DNA of 64,000 nt from Gnetum montanum (taxonomy: Eukaryota > Plantae > Gnetophyta): the NCBI GenBank assembly GCA_015680685.1, contig MNCI01002548.1, forward strand, positions 1,558-65,557, given 5' to 3'. Position numbers and translations under genes: made by a program. Below the pieces are notes generated by a model, which was not told the origin of the DNA, searched no databases, and saw only the letters and a program-made list of their open reading frames with translations. Numbering within the stretch: position 1 is the stretch's first letter; each line of letters opens with the position of its first letter. Below are positions 52,710 through 64,000 of this stretch, one piece after another.

Positions 52710-54050
52710 ATCATCAAGAATTAGTATTTCAAAAGCATTATCATTAATTACGATCTTTATTTTAAAGGGGTCCATTTTTTTAGCTTTTGATTTGGAGAAA
52801 TTTCATTTTCTTAGCCTTTTCTTCTTCAAATGGATCCAAATAAGATTACCAACCTCAAATATGAAACTCTTCTTACTTTTATTCTTCTTTTTGGATGCCT
52901 CTTCAACTTTTTTTACCAATAGTTTCCTCACTTGGCTATGCAAATCTTTCATATCTTACAAAAATTTAATAATCAATTATGTCTTCTCCTCAAAATATTT
53001 TAGGTCTTCAAAAATTCTTAGGTAATAACTATAATTACCCTTAAAAGGTATTTTGCTAAGACTAGGTTGAATGTAATATTATATGAGAACTTTGCATGGG
53101 ATAGCAAATTTTTCAATAGTTATGTTGATCATCACACAAGAATCTTAAGATTTTTAGCAATGATTTGTTTCAAAAAAATCATTTTCATGTTTAGTTTAAG
53201 GAATTCCTTGCAAAAAACCCATTGATATACCCTCCCATATTGACTTAGCAGTAGGAAATGGAAAATAATGTTCTTTCACTTCCTTTCAACTTTTGAATTT
53301 CTAATATGTTAAGCATTCTTTCATAAGTTTGATGATTTAATAGATATACCTAGCCAATGGTATCTCCTCTCAACAAGCTTAAGTGTTTTTCCTCCATATG
53401 GCTTTCCATACCTCCATAATGTTTCTCCAAATAAATTTTCACTTGAAGTCTTATTTGAAAGTATGCACCTTTCTATTCTTGAAGAGAAAATAATTTTGGA
53501 TGTGGTATTTCCTTCATTGATTAGTTCTTTGAATCAAAGGCTCTTCCAAATCCTTCCAAACATATCCAAAGTTACAATCATTTATGTATAACTAAGTAAC
53601 ATCATGCATACCTTCCACCTATATTATAGTAAAATTCACAACTTAAACCCTTGAAAATGTATTAACAACTACATTACACTTTCCACTTTTCTTTATAAAT
53701 TGAAAATTTCATTAGAAATTTGAAGTAATGGATTGCATTTACTCACATTAGACTTTATTACTGTCATATATTTTCTTACAAATAGTTTCATATTTATTGA
53801 TTATATAATCATAATTGAAAAAATTGAAAATCTACCATCATTTTTATAGGTCACTTTCTTAATAAGATTTTAAAGACTCATAAATTACATAATATCTTGT
53901 AGCTAATATAGGCCCCTTAAGGTCTTTCAAGAATATAATAAAGTACTTTCATTTCCATTTTCATATAGAAGGGTAGCTAAAAATTATGCTTTTAGTCATA
54001 AATAAATAGTGTAATAAAGAATGGATAGTAAAAGAATTAATCTTTTCAGG
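52710..54050 (-). mobile_element. pol: CRM-like chromovirus RNase H/integrase remnant, heavily deleted
   Basis: GKCNVVVNTFSR; EKHYGGMESH; IWEGISMGFLQGIP (PWEDISMDFVLGLP); FEVGNLIWIHLKKKR...MDPFKI...INDNAF. Confidence 0.75.
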
Positions 54051-54889
54051 TTTTAGTTAACAAGAATCAGTGTCTTTGAACTATAGTCATGGTTAGGAAT
54101 AAACTTTGTAGGGTGCATTGCCCTTTAAAGGTATTTTTATCTTTCAATAAAAGGTTCAAATAAAAGGATTAGCATAAAAATTACCTCTCCAAATAAAAGG
54201 CTTAACATAAAAATTATTTTTCATTTAATCCCTTATACAATAACTGTAATAATGTTGTCCATAACACATTGTTTGGGATCATAGGAGTCCCTTAGAATAA
54301 GTTTAGATTTGGGATGGAACTCAAGAGAAATACACTTTAGCAATAAATAATCCTAAAAGACATGCCAAAAATTAACCTATTAGTGTTAGTATGTAGCTTG
54401 AGTGATGTTTATAAACAATGAATGTGTAATAGTAATAAAAGCTAGATAGCTCTCCCTTGCTCCACTCATGCGGATACCATGAGGACTATTAGCTAAACCC
54501 TCTAGATTCATCACCACATATTGGTAGTTAGTGTTGTGCTCTTATGAGCACATGCAACATTTTATAGCACTTTTCCATGTCTTAGGAATGTGACTTGGAA
54601 ATTAACCTATGAATATGTGGTCTAAGATTCTATTGTACCTTGAATCACTTTTCCAAAGGTCTAAGAGTCTTAATATCATCATAGTCATCTATCTATGTGA
54701 ATCTTGAGCCCCATAACTTATATAGTACTTTAAAAGACTCTAGGAATCTCTCCATTTGAGAAAGGCTTTCATAGGAACACATTCATTAGATCTTGGGATT
54801 CATAATGTGTCATGCTTTTTTTCGCCCAGCTAGTCCTCATTTTCTGGATGTCTTATTTTCTACTATACAAGGGGGATCTGCTACCCATT

Positions 54890-57800
54890 ACTAGAGTAGC
54901 CATGGTGGCATATTGATTACATGCTCATAAGAAAAGTCTAGGATAAAGTGTTCTTCAGACCTCAAATTCTCAAGTGGCATTCAAATGTCATCTAAGTATA
55001 TATGGTATCTATAGTGAATAAGAAATTTAACTTTTACTTCAAGATCGTGCTAAGTAATCCAGAAGTTTCTAATGTAGTTAGCTTTCTTTCTTTGTATTGA
55101 TTTAATACAAGGTTACTCTCAAATTAAGAGGCATCTTTCTAGATAAGGAAACTCATCAGGCAAGAGCTACATCCTGTTGAAATGGAAAACTGGATGGATG
55201 CAGTTCATATTAATAGGTAGCTAAAGCTTGTAACTTATAGAGTTAACCTTATCAATGATTTGGAAGGGACCATCATACTATCACATTAGTTTATATGTAG
55301 TAAACCATTTTGGTTTAAATTGGTGATGGTACAATTTTTGGAGGACCCATTCTCTAATCTCAAATTCATAGGGCTAGCACATATAGTCTACAAAATTTTT
55401 CATAGGCTACATAGCCCTCTCTAAACAATCCCTTGTAGCCTTAGCATTTTCTTATCATACTCTCAAAAACTCATCAGCTGAAGGGTGTCAACCTTACAAG
55501 GTGGGATAAAATATATGTGGGGTAATGGGTTACCTTCCCATTATCTATTCTATTGGAGAAAACCCTATAGATGAGGAATTATGGATGTTATAGCTTAGTT
55601 GGGTGATTTCCAATAGAACATACTAGTTCTATTTGTCACTATGGAAATAATGTCAAAGGTAATGCTCAAGTACATGATTCATACACCCTATCTATCCATT
55701 TATTTGTAGATGAAAATTAGTAGATAGCTTAAGGATGGTTACCATCATACCAAATAAGGCCCACTAGAAATCACTTGTAAGGCTAGGATCATGATATGAT
55801 ACTATGCTCATTAGAAGACTAAAATATCTCACCATCCTATCAAAGAAATATGTTTTTGTAGCTTATGTTGAACATTGAGCCAAATAGGGAATGAATATGG
55901 AAAATTAATCCACCACTACAATGATGTTATTCAAGTCTTGCATACTCAATAAGCCAATGATAAAGTCCAAGGTCACTATAGCCTATGGAAATGGTGAGAT
56001 TTCAAGAGGGAGGAGAAGTCTATTGGGATACTTAGTAGACCCTTTGTCTTATTACTACATCAAGAACTTCTAAACATAGGCAATCACATCCTGGTACATT
56101 GTTTGCCAAAAGAATGTTTTCTTAATTAGTGTTAGATTTCTTTATTGACAAGGGTGCCTAGCCCATGATGTGTCATTAAACTGTCAATTAATCTTCTTGT
56201 GAAGACCATCCCAATCTCAAATATAAATTCAACTATCACAGAACCAGACTAGTCCATCCCTCATCTTAAAATAAGGTGTTCAACCTAGCTCTACTAACTT
56301 CATCAAGTCAATGGCCTGTGGATTTCTTGTTAACCCATCTTGGATTATAGCTAACAACACCTCATCATATTGAACATGTGAGGTTTGAGACCCATTGATA
56401 GAAAAGAGCTAGGAAGTGGATTAAGGGTGATGACGTAATGCATCCACTACAACATTATCCTTCCCATTTTGGTAGACTAATTACAAGTCAAATTCATAGA
56501 GTAGGGCTAACCATCATGCCTGCTTGGGCCACATCTTAATTTAATTGAGACGATAGCTAGTGGCCAAGTTATTTGTCTTCATAAGAACATGACTTCCTAG
56601 CAAGTAATGCCTTCACAATCTGAAGCAATGAACAATGGTGAATGTTTCTTTCTTATGAACCAAACATCATTTCTGTAATTGATTTAGCTTCTATGATTCA
56701 TGGGGAAATAGGATGATCCTCTTGTAGCAAAATGCCACTAATTACATCATCTAATTTGGATCTTGAAGAATTTTGAGAATTCTTGCAAGACTAGCATAGG
56801 ATGGGAGGATAAGGCCTCCTTGATTTTCTTAAAGGCCTACTAATAGTTTGAGTCCTAATATCATGGGATTTATTTCTTCTAAAAATTTGTTAGAAGAACA
56901 ACTATGCTTGAGAAATTTTTGATAAATCTAAGATAGAAGCTGGCTAGTCCCATAAAGAGTAAAATCTCATGAACATTAGTAGGTGTAGATTAGTATCATA
57001 TGACCTCTACTTTCTTTGGATTTGGCTCAATTTAACCATATCCTATGAGGTGTTTCAGAAACTTCAACTCTGTACAACGTAATTCACACTTTTCTTTCTT
57101 TATGTATAATTGATTTGCTCATATTTTGTCAATGACTATATGCAAGTGGAGGACATGATTCTCCATGGTCTGACTACATACCAAGATATCAAGGAGATAG
57201 AAAACTACAACGTTATCAAGAAATAGCTTGAATATCTCATACATGAGCATACGAAAGGTGGGTGGTACATTATAAATCCCAAAGGACATTACAACCCATT
57301 CAAATGATCCATCTAGTCCAACAAGAAGTTTTCTTCTCATCTTTTTATGCAATGTAGACCTAATAGTATCCTTGATGAAGATCTAACTAAGTAAAATACC
57401 ATGTCCTAGCCAAGTGATCAATCAAATAAAAAATCAAAGGCATTGGATACCTATGCTTGGTTATGTGCTTATTTAATGGCTTGTAGCCATAACAAAGATG
57501 CAAAGTCCCATCTTCCTTCACGATGAATAACATTGGTGCATCATAAGAAGATTTTTAGGAATGAATGTATTCTTTGGAAATTAGACTTTCAAGTTATCTC
57601 TTCAACTCTTCCAACTCTAACCTTATCAAATAATATGGTCTTTAAATAGGAGGGGTGTTGCTAGGCAGAAATTCTATTTTGTGGTCTACTGCACTCCATG
57701 GAGGTAGACTTCAAGGTAGCTCTAGAAGTATAACATTGTGAAAGTGATCTGAAACCTAGGTAATTCAAATTTCAAAGCTTTAATAAGGCTTACTAGCCTT

Positions 57801-58300
57801 CATGGGGTTACTAGTTTTCATGCCTAAGAGGAACCTATGTGTGAGATCTTTGGTGAGGTCCTTCAAAACCATTGGTGAGAATTTCAAGGCTAGACTCCTC
57901 ATCCTTCTCTATCTATGTCCCATGAGTCTGTATCATGCAAGAAGAGTTCTCATGAGATATGAAGATCAAGTATAAATGTAGAGCTGTAATAACTTTTGCC
58001 TTCCATAGGAACTCTTGCCTCAAAATAACATCAAAGGAATTCATGTTCAAAATTAAAAAGTTAGGGGCTTCATGTCAAGAGCCCATCTAGACTAGAATAT
58101 TTCTGTTGATACCAATACACTGAAGAAGTCAAAAATTCATAAGTTTCTAGGAAGCTTGGACTAGATCCACAACTAGCTATAAGCCCCTTGCCATGGATAA
58201 GACCATATAGTTGTGATTGTTCCATTATCAATTAAAGCACTAACTTGTCTTAATCTCACAATGACTAGGGAAAATTTTTCTTGGTGAAAATTATCAAGGG
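54890..58300 (-). pseudogene. pol: pol: protease, RT, RNase H, integrase and chromodomain (decayed)
   Basis: VSALIDNG; GSFEWVVMSFGIYNVPPTF...VVFYLLDILVCS; GKDNVVVDAL; VTLDFIIGL; YHQFKPKWF; MPLENL chromodomain-like tail. Confidence 0.88.
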
Positions 58301-58499
58301 TAGCGTCTTGAAAACTTGAGAATTTAGCCTTTTTGATAATCATATTAGATAGCTCTATCATAATAGCCAATCTTTGCTATTTTCTTGAGATGCTACCATT
58401 CATAATTTTTAGGCATGGATTTGGATGGTACTCCAAGCATATTAGCTATGTCCATGGAGCCTATCCTTATCTATTCTTAGCCCTTCCCAAGATCAAAGA

Positions 58500-59740
58500 A
58501 CAATATCTTGCTATATTATTGCAATGGAAAAGAAAGCATTGAATTGGTCTCTTAAAAGGACCCTCCAAAGCATTGTCACTTCTTACCCTCAAGTTACCAT
58601 TTACTTCTAGTATCCTTTCACTTATGCTAGATGCCTTGGTTACCTGGTGAACGTCCTAAGAATGACTTATTTGCTGATTTGGTTTAGAATCATTTCCTCT
58701 CTTTATAGAACTTACATTTATTTTTTGAGATTAAGAAGGCATGCCCTATTTTCCCTTTTCAAGTTTTTCCTTATTTGGCTTTGTAGCCTTAAAATCTAGG
58801 AAAGTGCCAGCTACAACAATGGCCTCTGTTAGAGTGTCACTACCTTGACAACATAGCTCCATCTAAGCCTAGGGTCACAACCCATTCACAAATTTGAAGA
58901 AATGATCCTAATCTTTCATGTTGGAAATTAGTAACATAAGGTCATAGAAGGCATTAATGTAGTCCTTAAGGTTGCCCATGTGTTTCACTGACTCAAGCTT
59001 AGTCTTAGTTACTCACTCCATGGAACTATTTGATCAAAGCTACCTTGAATTTCTTCCAAGTGTCCACCATCTCAACCATAGTACCATTCTCTTGGGCACA
59101 AAGAAGGTTAAGCCATCATAGCTTTGCACTGCTAGTCAAGTACTGAGATGTAGTGGATATCTTATGGGCCATAGGAACGCCCCTAGTAGACAAATACATT
59201 TCCATACCTTGGAGGAAGATATGAATCTTTGCATCACTTCGTTTACCATCATAGGATCTCAGTTCTCTTAATTCAATTTAGGCCACTACTATGAGCTCTT
59301 TAGCTAGGTGTCTTTCTAAGAAGGACTTTGGAATGACATTCTCAATTTTCAAATTAGACACCTCTTGGTTTACTCTCACTAGGGTATTCTTCAAGACTTT
59401 CATCTATGTTGTCAAGTCATTAATCAAAGATGCCTTTGAATTGGACATTTGGAAGGATCCAAAGAGGTCTTTATAGAGATCCAGCATATGATCTAGATGG
59501 TCCTCCAAGATAGTGACCTTGGCCTTCACAACTATCACCTAGTCCTTGGAGTGAAGGTCGATCTTATCTTATGGTAAGTTCATTTCTTTAAAGATGTAGT
59601 AAATCACATCCATACTCTCAAGCCTAGGGATGGGTAAGGCCTCATCTACAACCTTAACCTACTCCAAAAGATTCTGAAATTTGACCTCATCCTAGCCAAT
59701 TTTTGCCTTGACTTCTTGGTTGGCTTGGTCCTCCATCTTA
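58500..59740 (-). pseudogene. gag: Galadriel-type gag (decayed)
   Basis: RSYDGKRSDAKIHIFLQGMEMYL...QYLTSSAKL*W...VKHMGNLKDYINAFYDLMLLISNMKD*DHFFKFVNGL. Confidence 0.87.
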
Positions 59741-60375
59741 CCAAAAGGCCTTCTTACAAGGCCACCCAAAATGGGAATGAGTGGCTAGTAGAACTTGAAA
59801 ATAGAAACCTCATATACCACAAATTCTATATACCTAGTTGATAATAAGTATGAGGCTTTGATACCATTTGTAACAATGTTATTCCAAACATGTTGTCCAA
59901 CACCCCAAGAGTCCCTTGGAATAGGTTTAGATTTGGAACAAAACTTAAGAGGAATATACCTTAGTAATTAATAATCCTAAAACACATGCCAACAACCAAC
60001 CTATTAGTGTTAGCATGTAACCTGAGTAGCGTTTATAACCAACAAACATGTAACACTAATAAAAGCTAGATAGCTCTTTCTTGCTCTACTCACATGAACA
60101 CTACAAGGATTACCAGTTGAACCCTCTAGATTCATCACTGCATGCTAGTAGTTAGTGTTGTGCTCTTATGAGTACATGGAACATCCTATAGCACATCCCA
60201 TGACACATCCAACTTAAATTCTAATATAGAGTTGAACTATGTAACCTTCTTAGGTGAAGTCCTACTAAGTGGGATAATGAGGAAAGGTGTAGCCCCCTCT
60301 TACTAGTGCATGAAACTACCATGTTAGTGTGGTTCCAAAGACACAAGGAGTGGAGGACTCCTTGTACCCTTATGG

Positions 60376-60670
60376 NNNNNNNNNNNNNNNNNNNNNNNNN
60401 NNNNNNNNNNNNNNNNNNNNNNNNNNNNNNNNNNNNNNNNNNNNNNNNNNNNNNNNNNNNNNNNNNNNNNNNNNNNNNNNNNNNNNNNNNNNNNNNNNNN
60501 NNNNNNNNNNNNNNNNNNNNNNNNNNNNNNNNNNNNNNNNNNNNNNNNNNNNNNNNNNNNNNNNNNNNNNNNNNNNNNNNNNNNNNNNNNNNNNNNNNNN
60601 NNNNNNNNNNNNNNNNNNNNNNNNNNNNNNNNNNNNNNNNNNNNNNNNNNNNNNNNNNNNNNNNNNNNNN
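60376..60670. other. Assembly gap
   Basis: Run of N. Confidence 0.99.
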
Positions 60671-60960
60671 TTGTCATTTGATTCCAAGACAAGCTCTCAA
60701 CTGCCAGCTAGGGATGACCTCTTCGACAAGTAAACACTAAACAGAGACCTACAGCAACAATTCGACAGCCTGCAACATCACCATATAAATGAACATCCGT
60801 GCAGATTTGTACAGTAAATATCCTCTGATCCCAACACAATCCCAATTCCCAGCCGTTCCCTTAACTTTTTCAGACCAGCTGCGCACGCTATTGATTACAG
60901 ATTGCAATGCTTCATGTCGTGGACTGGTCCACTGAGTTTGAAATAAATCCACAGGGATAT

Positions 60961-61101
60961 TGTCGGGTTTTGTGTGTTAAGTATACCCCACATCTGTGTT
61001 GCCTCCACACTCCACAAAATGCCACAGCCACAGCCATATGCGCTTCTTTGTCTTATGAAGTCAGGTTGTGCTTCAGTAATTAGCAGAGGTTTCCTATATA
61101 T
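60961..61101 (+). promoter_or_regulatory. Putative SAUR promoter: TGTCGG AuxRE (60961-60966), CATATG (61035-61040), TATA-like TATATA (61095-61100)
   Basis: Motifs read directly upstream of the SAUR ATG. They are short and could occur by chance. Confidence 0.5.
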
Positions 61102-61231
61102 TGAATTGAATCTCCATGATGTTTCCTTCTCACCATAAGCAAAGCAGTTGGCTTTGACTCAGCCTCTTCCTACGGCCTTTCTTACTCCACATCCTCATCT
61201 TTCCTCTTTCAATTTCTCAATTTATAGGAAA

Positions 61232-61613
61232 ATGGTAAGAGGCCCGATGGGAATTGTTGATAGAGTTTTTACAATGCTTGTGCATTCTCATTCACCTCAG
61301 AAGATGAAGAGATTTGTTCAGTTGAAAAATGGGGAACAGCAAATGATTAGCAGAGATGTGCCCAAGGGTCACTGTACAGTCTATTTGGGTGACCGCAAAA
61401 GCAGATTCATCATTCCAACTTCATTTCTCAATCACTCCCTCTTTGCTCATCTTCTGCAAGTCTGTTGATGAATTTGGGTTTGATCATGATATGGGGATCG
61501 TCATTCCTTGTGATGAGAGGCTGTTTGAGCAGCTAACATCCTTCCTCAGCACTGCTACAAAGAAGAAGAATAAGTTATTCCACTCCAAAATCCCTGAACT
61601 TGCAGCTGTGTGA
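61232..61613 (+). pseudogene. SAUR: SAUR (small auxin-up RNA) family gene with one frameshift at about 61457
   Basis: DVPKGHCTVYLGDRKSRFIIPTSFLNHSLFAHLL, then in another frame KSVDEFGFDHDMGIVIPCD. Together these give the complete Auxin_inducible domain, intronless. Confidence 0.88.
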
Positions 61614-62800
61614 ACCCAGAAGAGAGCACGTTAGGGCTGACAGTGGTTTTGGAGTTTGAATTTTATCATTCCAGTAGACGGAATGGACTGGAATGGCAGG
61701 GGTCTGCAGGCGAACCCACATAAGCATCAACGCCAACTCTTTATTTGCGGATGCTGTGAGTCGTGGCCTCGTGGGCAGAAACGACAGAAATTTTCACAGG
61801 GGGAGAAGGCACAGGCAAGTAGCAAAGTCGAAGAATTTCAATGCTGAGTCTCCTCTTGTAACTCTGAACAAAGGATATAGCAAAATGGGAAAGATTTCAG
61901 TGCTGAATCTGCTCTGGTTGCTCTGCAGCAATGTAAAATTTAAAAATTGTAAATGCAAATTTCATAACGGTTTAAAAGAAACACTATTTTTGCTACCTCA
62001 TTTTTCTATTAATCTTTCTTTGCATTTGCCATCATTGAAACTAGCATAAATCTAATAATTCTGGTTAACACACAATTTTTTAAAGTCATATTTCTCATTC
62101 GGTTACTTTCTTTGGTTTAAATTTAAGACAAATTTTCCTAAAATGAACCTCTAAAATTCTAATAGAAAGTTTGTATTGTTCCAACAATGGACGAACGCAC
62201 TAGCGTTTTGGAGTACTGGGAAGTTTAAGCCACTTTTACCACCATGCTGCTGTAACTACGCACCCGGGCCTTGGGTTTGAATCTGTTTAAAATTTGTCAT
62301 TTTTTGTTTCAAATATATTGTATTCCAAAATTGGATTGTCTTAATCTTAAGATCGTAAAAACCCCACGTAAACTGGAAATTTGGGTGGCGTAGCATAAGC
62401 ATGGAAATTAGGATTACCAATCCACCGACACGAAAACTTTAGTACGCAAGGGGATTTTTGTCTGATTTAAGGACAACTTTGTTGACAAGAGCACAAGGGA
62501 CATCTCCTTAAAGATGCTCGGTGCTCCATGTGAAGGGACCTATCTTTTGAAAGAGTACGGGCATTACATTGTCTTGTCATTAACTAAGACTTCTGAAATT
62601 GAGATAACTACTCTCCGTAAAGGGATGGATCAAATTTTGCCCTCAAACCAGAAAAATAAAAGCCAGTATCACTGGGCACCATATTTGGATTAGACTTCGT
62701 GTACATTCCCTGCTCTCAGCATTGTTTAAGAAATAAGTTTGCTAACCATGTCTTTGGCATTCCAGGTGGGTGGCATATTCTTAACTGGAGGTTATAACTA

Positions 62801-62834
62801 ACTTAGATATATATCTTACTTAGATATATATCTT
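62801..62834. repeat. 17-bp perfect tandem duplication containing the palindrome AGATATATATCT
   Basis: acttagatatatatctt occurs twice. Confidence 0.9.
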
Positions 62835-63530
62835 TATCAATTGTCCAGGATGATTTTAAGCACGCCCGACTACTAGAATACAACTAAAAATGGAATCATT
62901 CATCCCTCCTCTGATTCTCTACCACTTACCCAATTTAATTTTACCCTGTCGATTAGATAGAAGTAAAAAATGAATAAAATGATTCGGTTGACGCAATGCG
63001 CAAGATTTAACAGAAAGAGCCGAACAGCACATTCACTTTTCGAGCAAGCACTTGCATTAGGAGCGTCAGGTCGTCATCATTTTTTATTTCGGCGGACACT
63101 GTTCCTGAGACACCCTTTCGCCATCCGTTTTTCCGGATCTTGACATCGAAATTCAAGAGACATACTTCCATACTTTTGATATCATATTTTCGTTCAAATT
63201 GCAGAGCTACTCGGAGTCACCTGATGCACCAGAATAACAGTAACTCAACAAGTAACCTGCAGCAGAGCGGGTAACCATGCATTGTTTGTTTAATAATGGG
63301 GCACGCACCTGCACGACGGCCAGCAAGCCCGGAGCGATCAATTCTCAATTTCTCATTTCTTCTCTGCCTCCATCTCCGTTTTCGTCGTCGTCGTCCTCGT
63401 CCTGCATGGAAACCGCTTCTTCTCCTTCTTCTCCTTCCGCCAAAATCCTGCACTGCTACGTATCCCTCCCAACCAAGTCAATGAAATCTCAGCCCCAGCA
63501 GAAGCAGAAGAAGAGGAGAAGCCAGGCGAA

Positions 63531-64000
63531 ATGCAGCAGCAGCGGTGCGGCTGCGGCATATACAGGCTCTTTGTGTTGCTGCAGGTACTGCTAGGCATTC
63601 TCGTAATAGCAGTAAGCGTGGCAAGCCTGGTCCTTTTCTACACTTACGGCATTTTCCTGGCCACCGACGACGACGACGACCTGTGCCGCCGCTTCCACAC
63701 TTCTTCGGACCAGGAAGCGCCATCCCTATCCGCGGCAGACACCGGCAGGGGGGCGCACACATGCTGGGCGGGAACAGCACGTACACGGCCATTGGCCACT
63801 GCTACTTCAGCTTCCGCAAGGAGTTGCAGGACTACATGAGCTACGACGTCGGCGGCTTCTGCAAGGATGACTGGCACCTTGCCCAGAAACTGATGCTCCT
63901 TGGCTGCGATCGGCTGCCTTGCCCGCAGGCCCGGGCTCTTGAAGAAACCCGCGGCCCTTCCAGATGCTCTCTGGGCCGTCTCGGACGAGCGGAGCCTCCG
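63531..64000 (+). pseudogene. Membrane-anchored SAM-dependent methyltransferase (At3g05390/At1g29790-like), disrupted; runs off the window
   Basis: LQVLLGILVIAVSVASL.FY..G.FL..DDLC signal anchor; after a frameshift TYTAIGHCYFSFRKELQDYMSYDVGGFCKDDWHLAQKLMLLGCD; after a second shift CLARRPGLLKKPAALPDALWAVSDERSLR. Start codon uncertain (63406, 63481 or 63531). Confidence 0.82.

Larger units (their letters stand above)
54245..60200 (-). mobile_element. Galadriel-lineage chromovirus (Ty3/gypsy), all domains present but inactivated
   Basis: LTR homology between 54245-54580 and 59869-60200 (3' LTR probably extends to about 54812; 5' LTR interrupted near 60200). Met PBS at 59855-59866; gag-PR-RT-RH-INT-chromodomain order on the minus strand. 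Confidence 0.88.

Noticed and set aside
1130-59476. Numerous 60-150 aa hydrophobic ORFs as host genes
   Set aside because: They are antisense or off-frame reads of decayed TE sequence, with no family similarity or gene structure.
60306-60740. ORFs spanning the second gap
   Set aside because: Mostly X residues; artefacts.
63217-63877. Several overlapping ORFs on both strands (63217-, 63277+, 63296+, 63353-, 63478-, 63644-)
   Set aside because: Expected by-products of GC-rich coding DNA. Only the methyltransferase-like frames match a known family.
1-64000. Species assignment
   Set aside because: SAUR and the TE lineages indicate a land plant, but the sequence alone does not let me name the taxon.

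Overview
This is eukaryotic (land-plant) nuclear DNA from a draft assembly, with N-gaps at 49709-50303 and 60376-60670. About 60 kb is a nested graveyard of decayed retroelements with very few CG and CAG/CTG motifs. In order: (1) an Athila-type Ty3/gypsy element (4243-11391; TG..CA ends, ATTGG TSD, tRNA-Asp PBS) that encodes only gag and protease and is inserted into an RTE LINE; (2) a Sirevirus-type copia LTR and gag, cut by an internally deleted Athila-like element (14545-23763); (3) a head-to-tail array of gag-only Sirevirus derivatives that share LTRs (23764-35380); (4) an Ogre/Tat-like gag-protease element with tandem-repeat arrays; (5) a small copia-type LTR element carrying an unrecognised long decayed ORF; (6) a CRM-like integrase remnant; (7) a full-domain but dead Galadriel chromovirus. 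Past the second gap the sequence becomes CG-rich and genic, with a frameshifted SAUR gene and a deleted, frameshifted At3g05390-like methyltransferase gene. I see no intact protein-coding gene and no RNA gene, CRISPR array or prokaryotic system. I found no clearly new biological system. The best leads are the unidentified cargo ORFs in non-autonomous LTR elements, the shared-LTR array, and the independent loss of RT in several lineages. All translations, alignments and identity estimates were done by eye.
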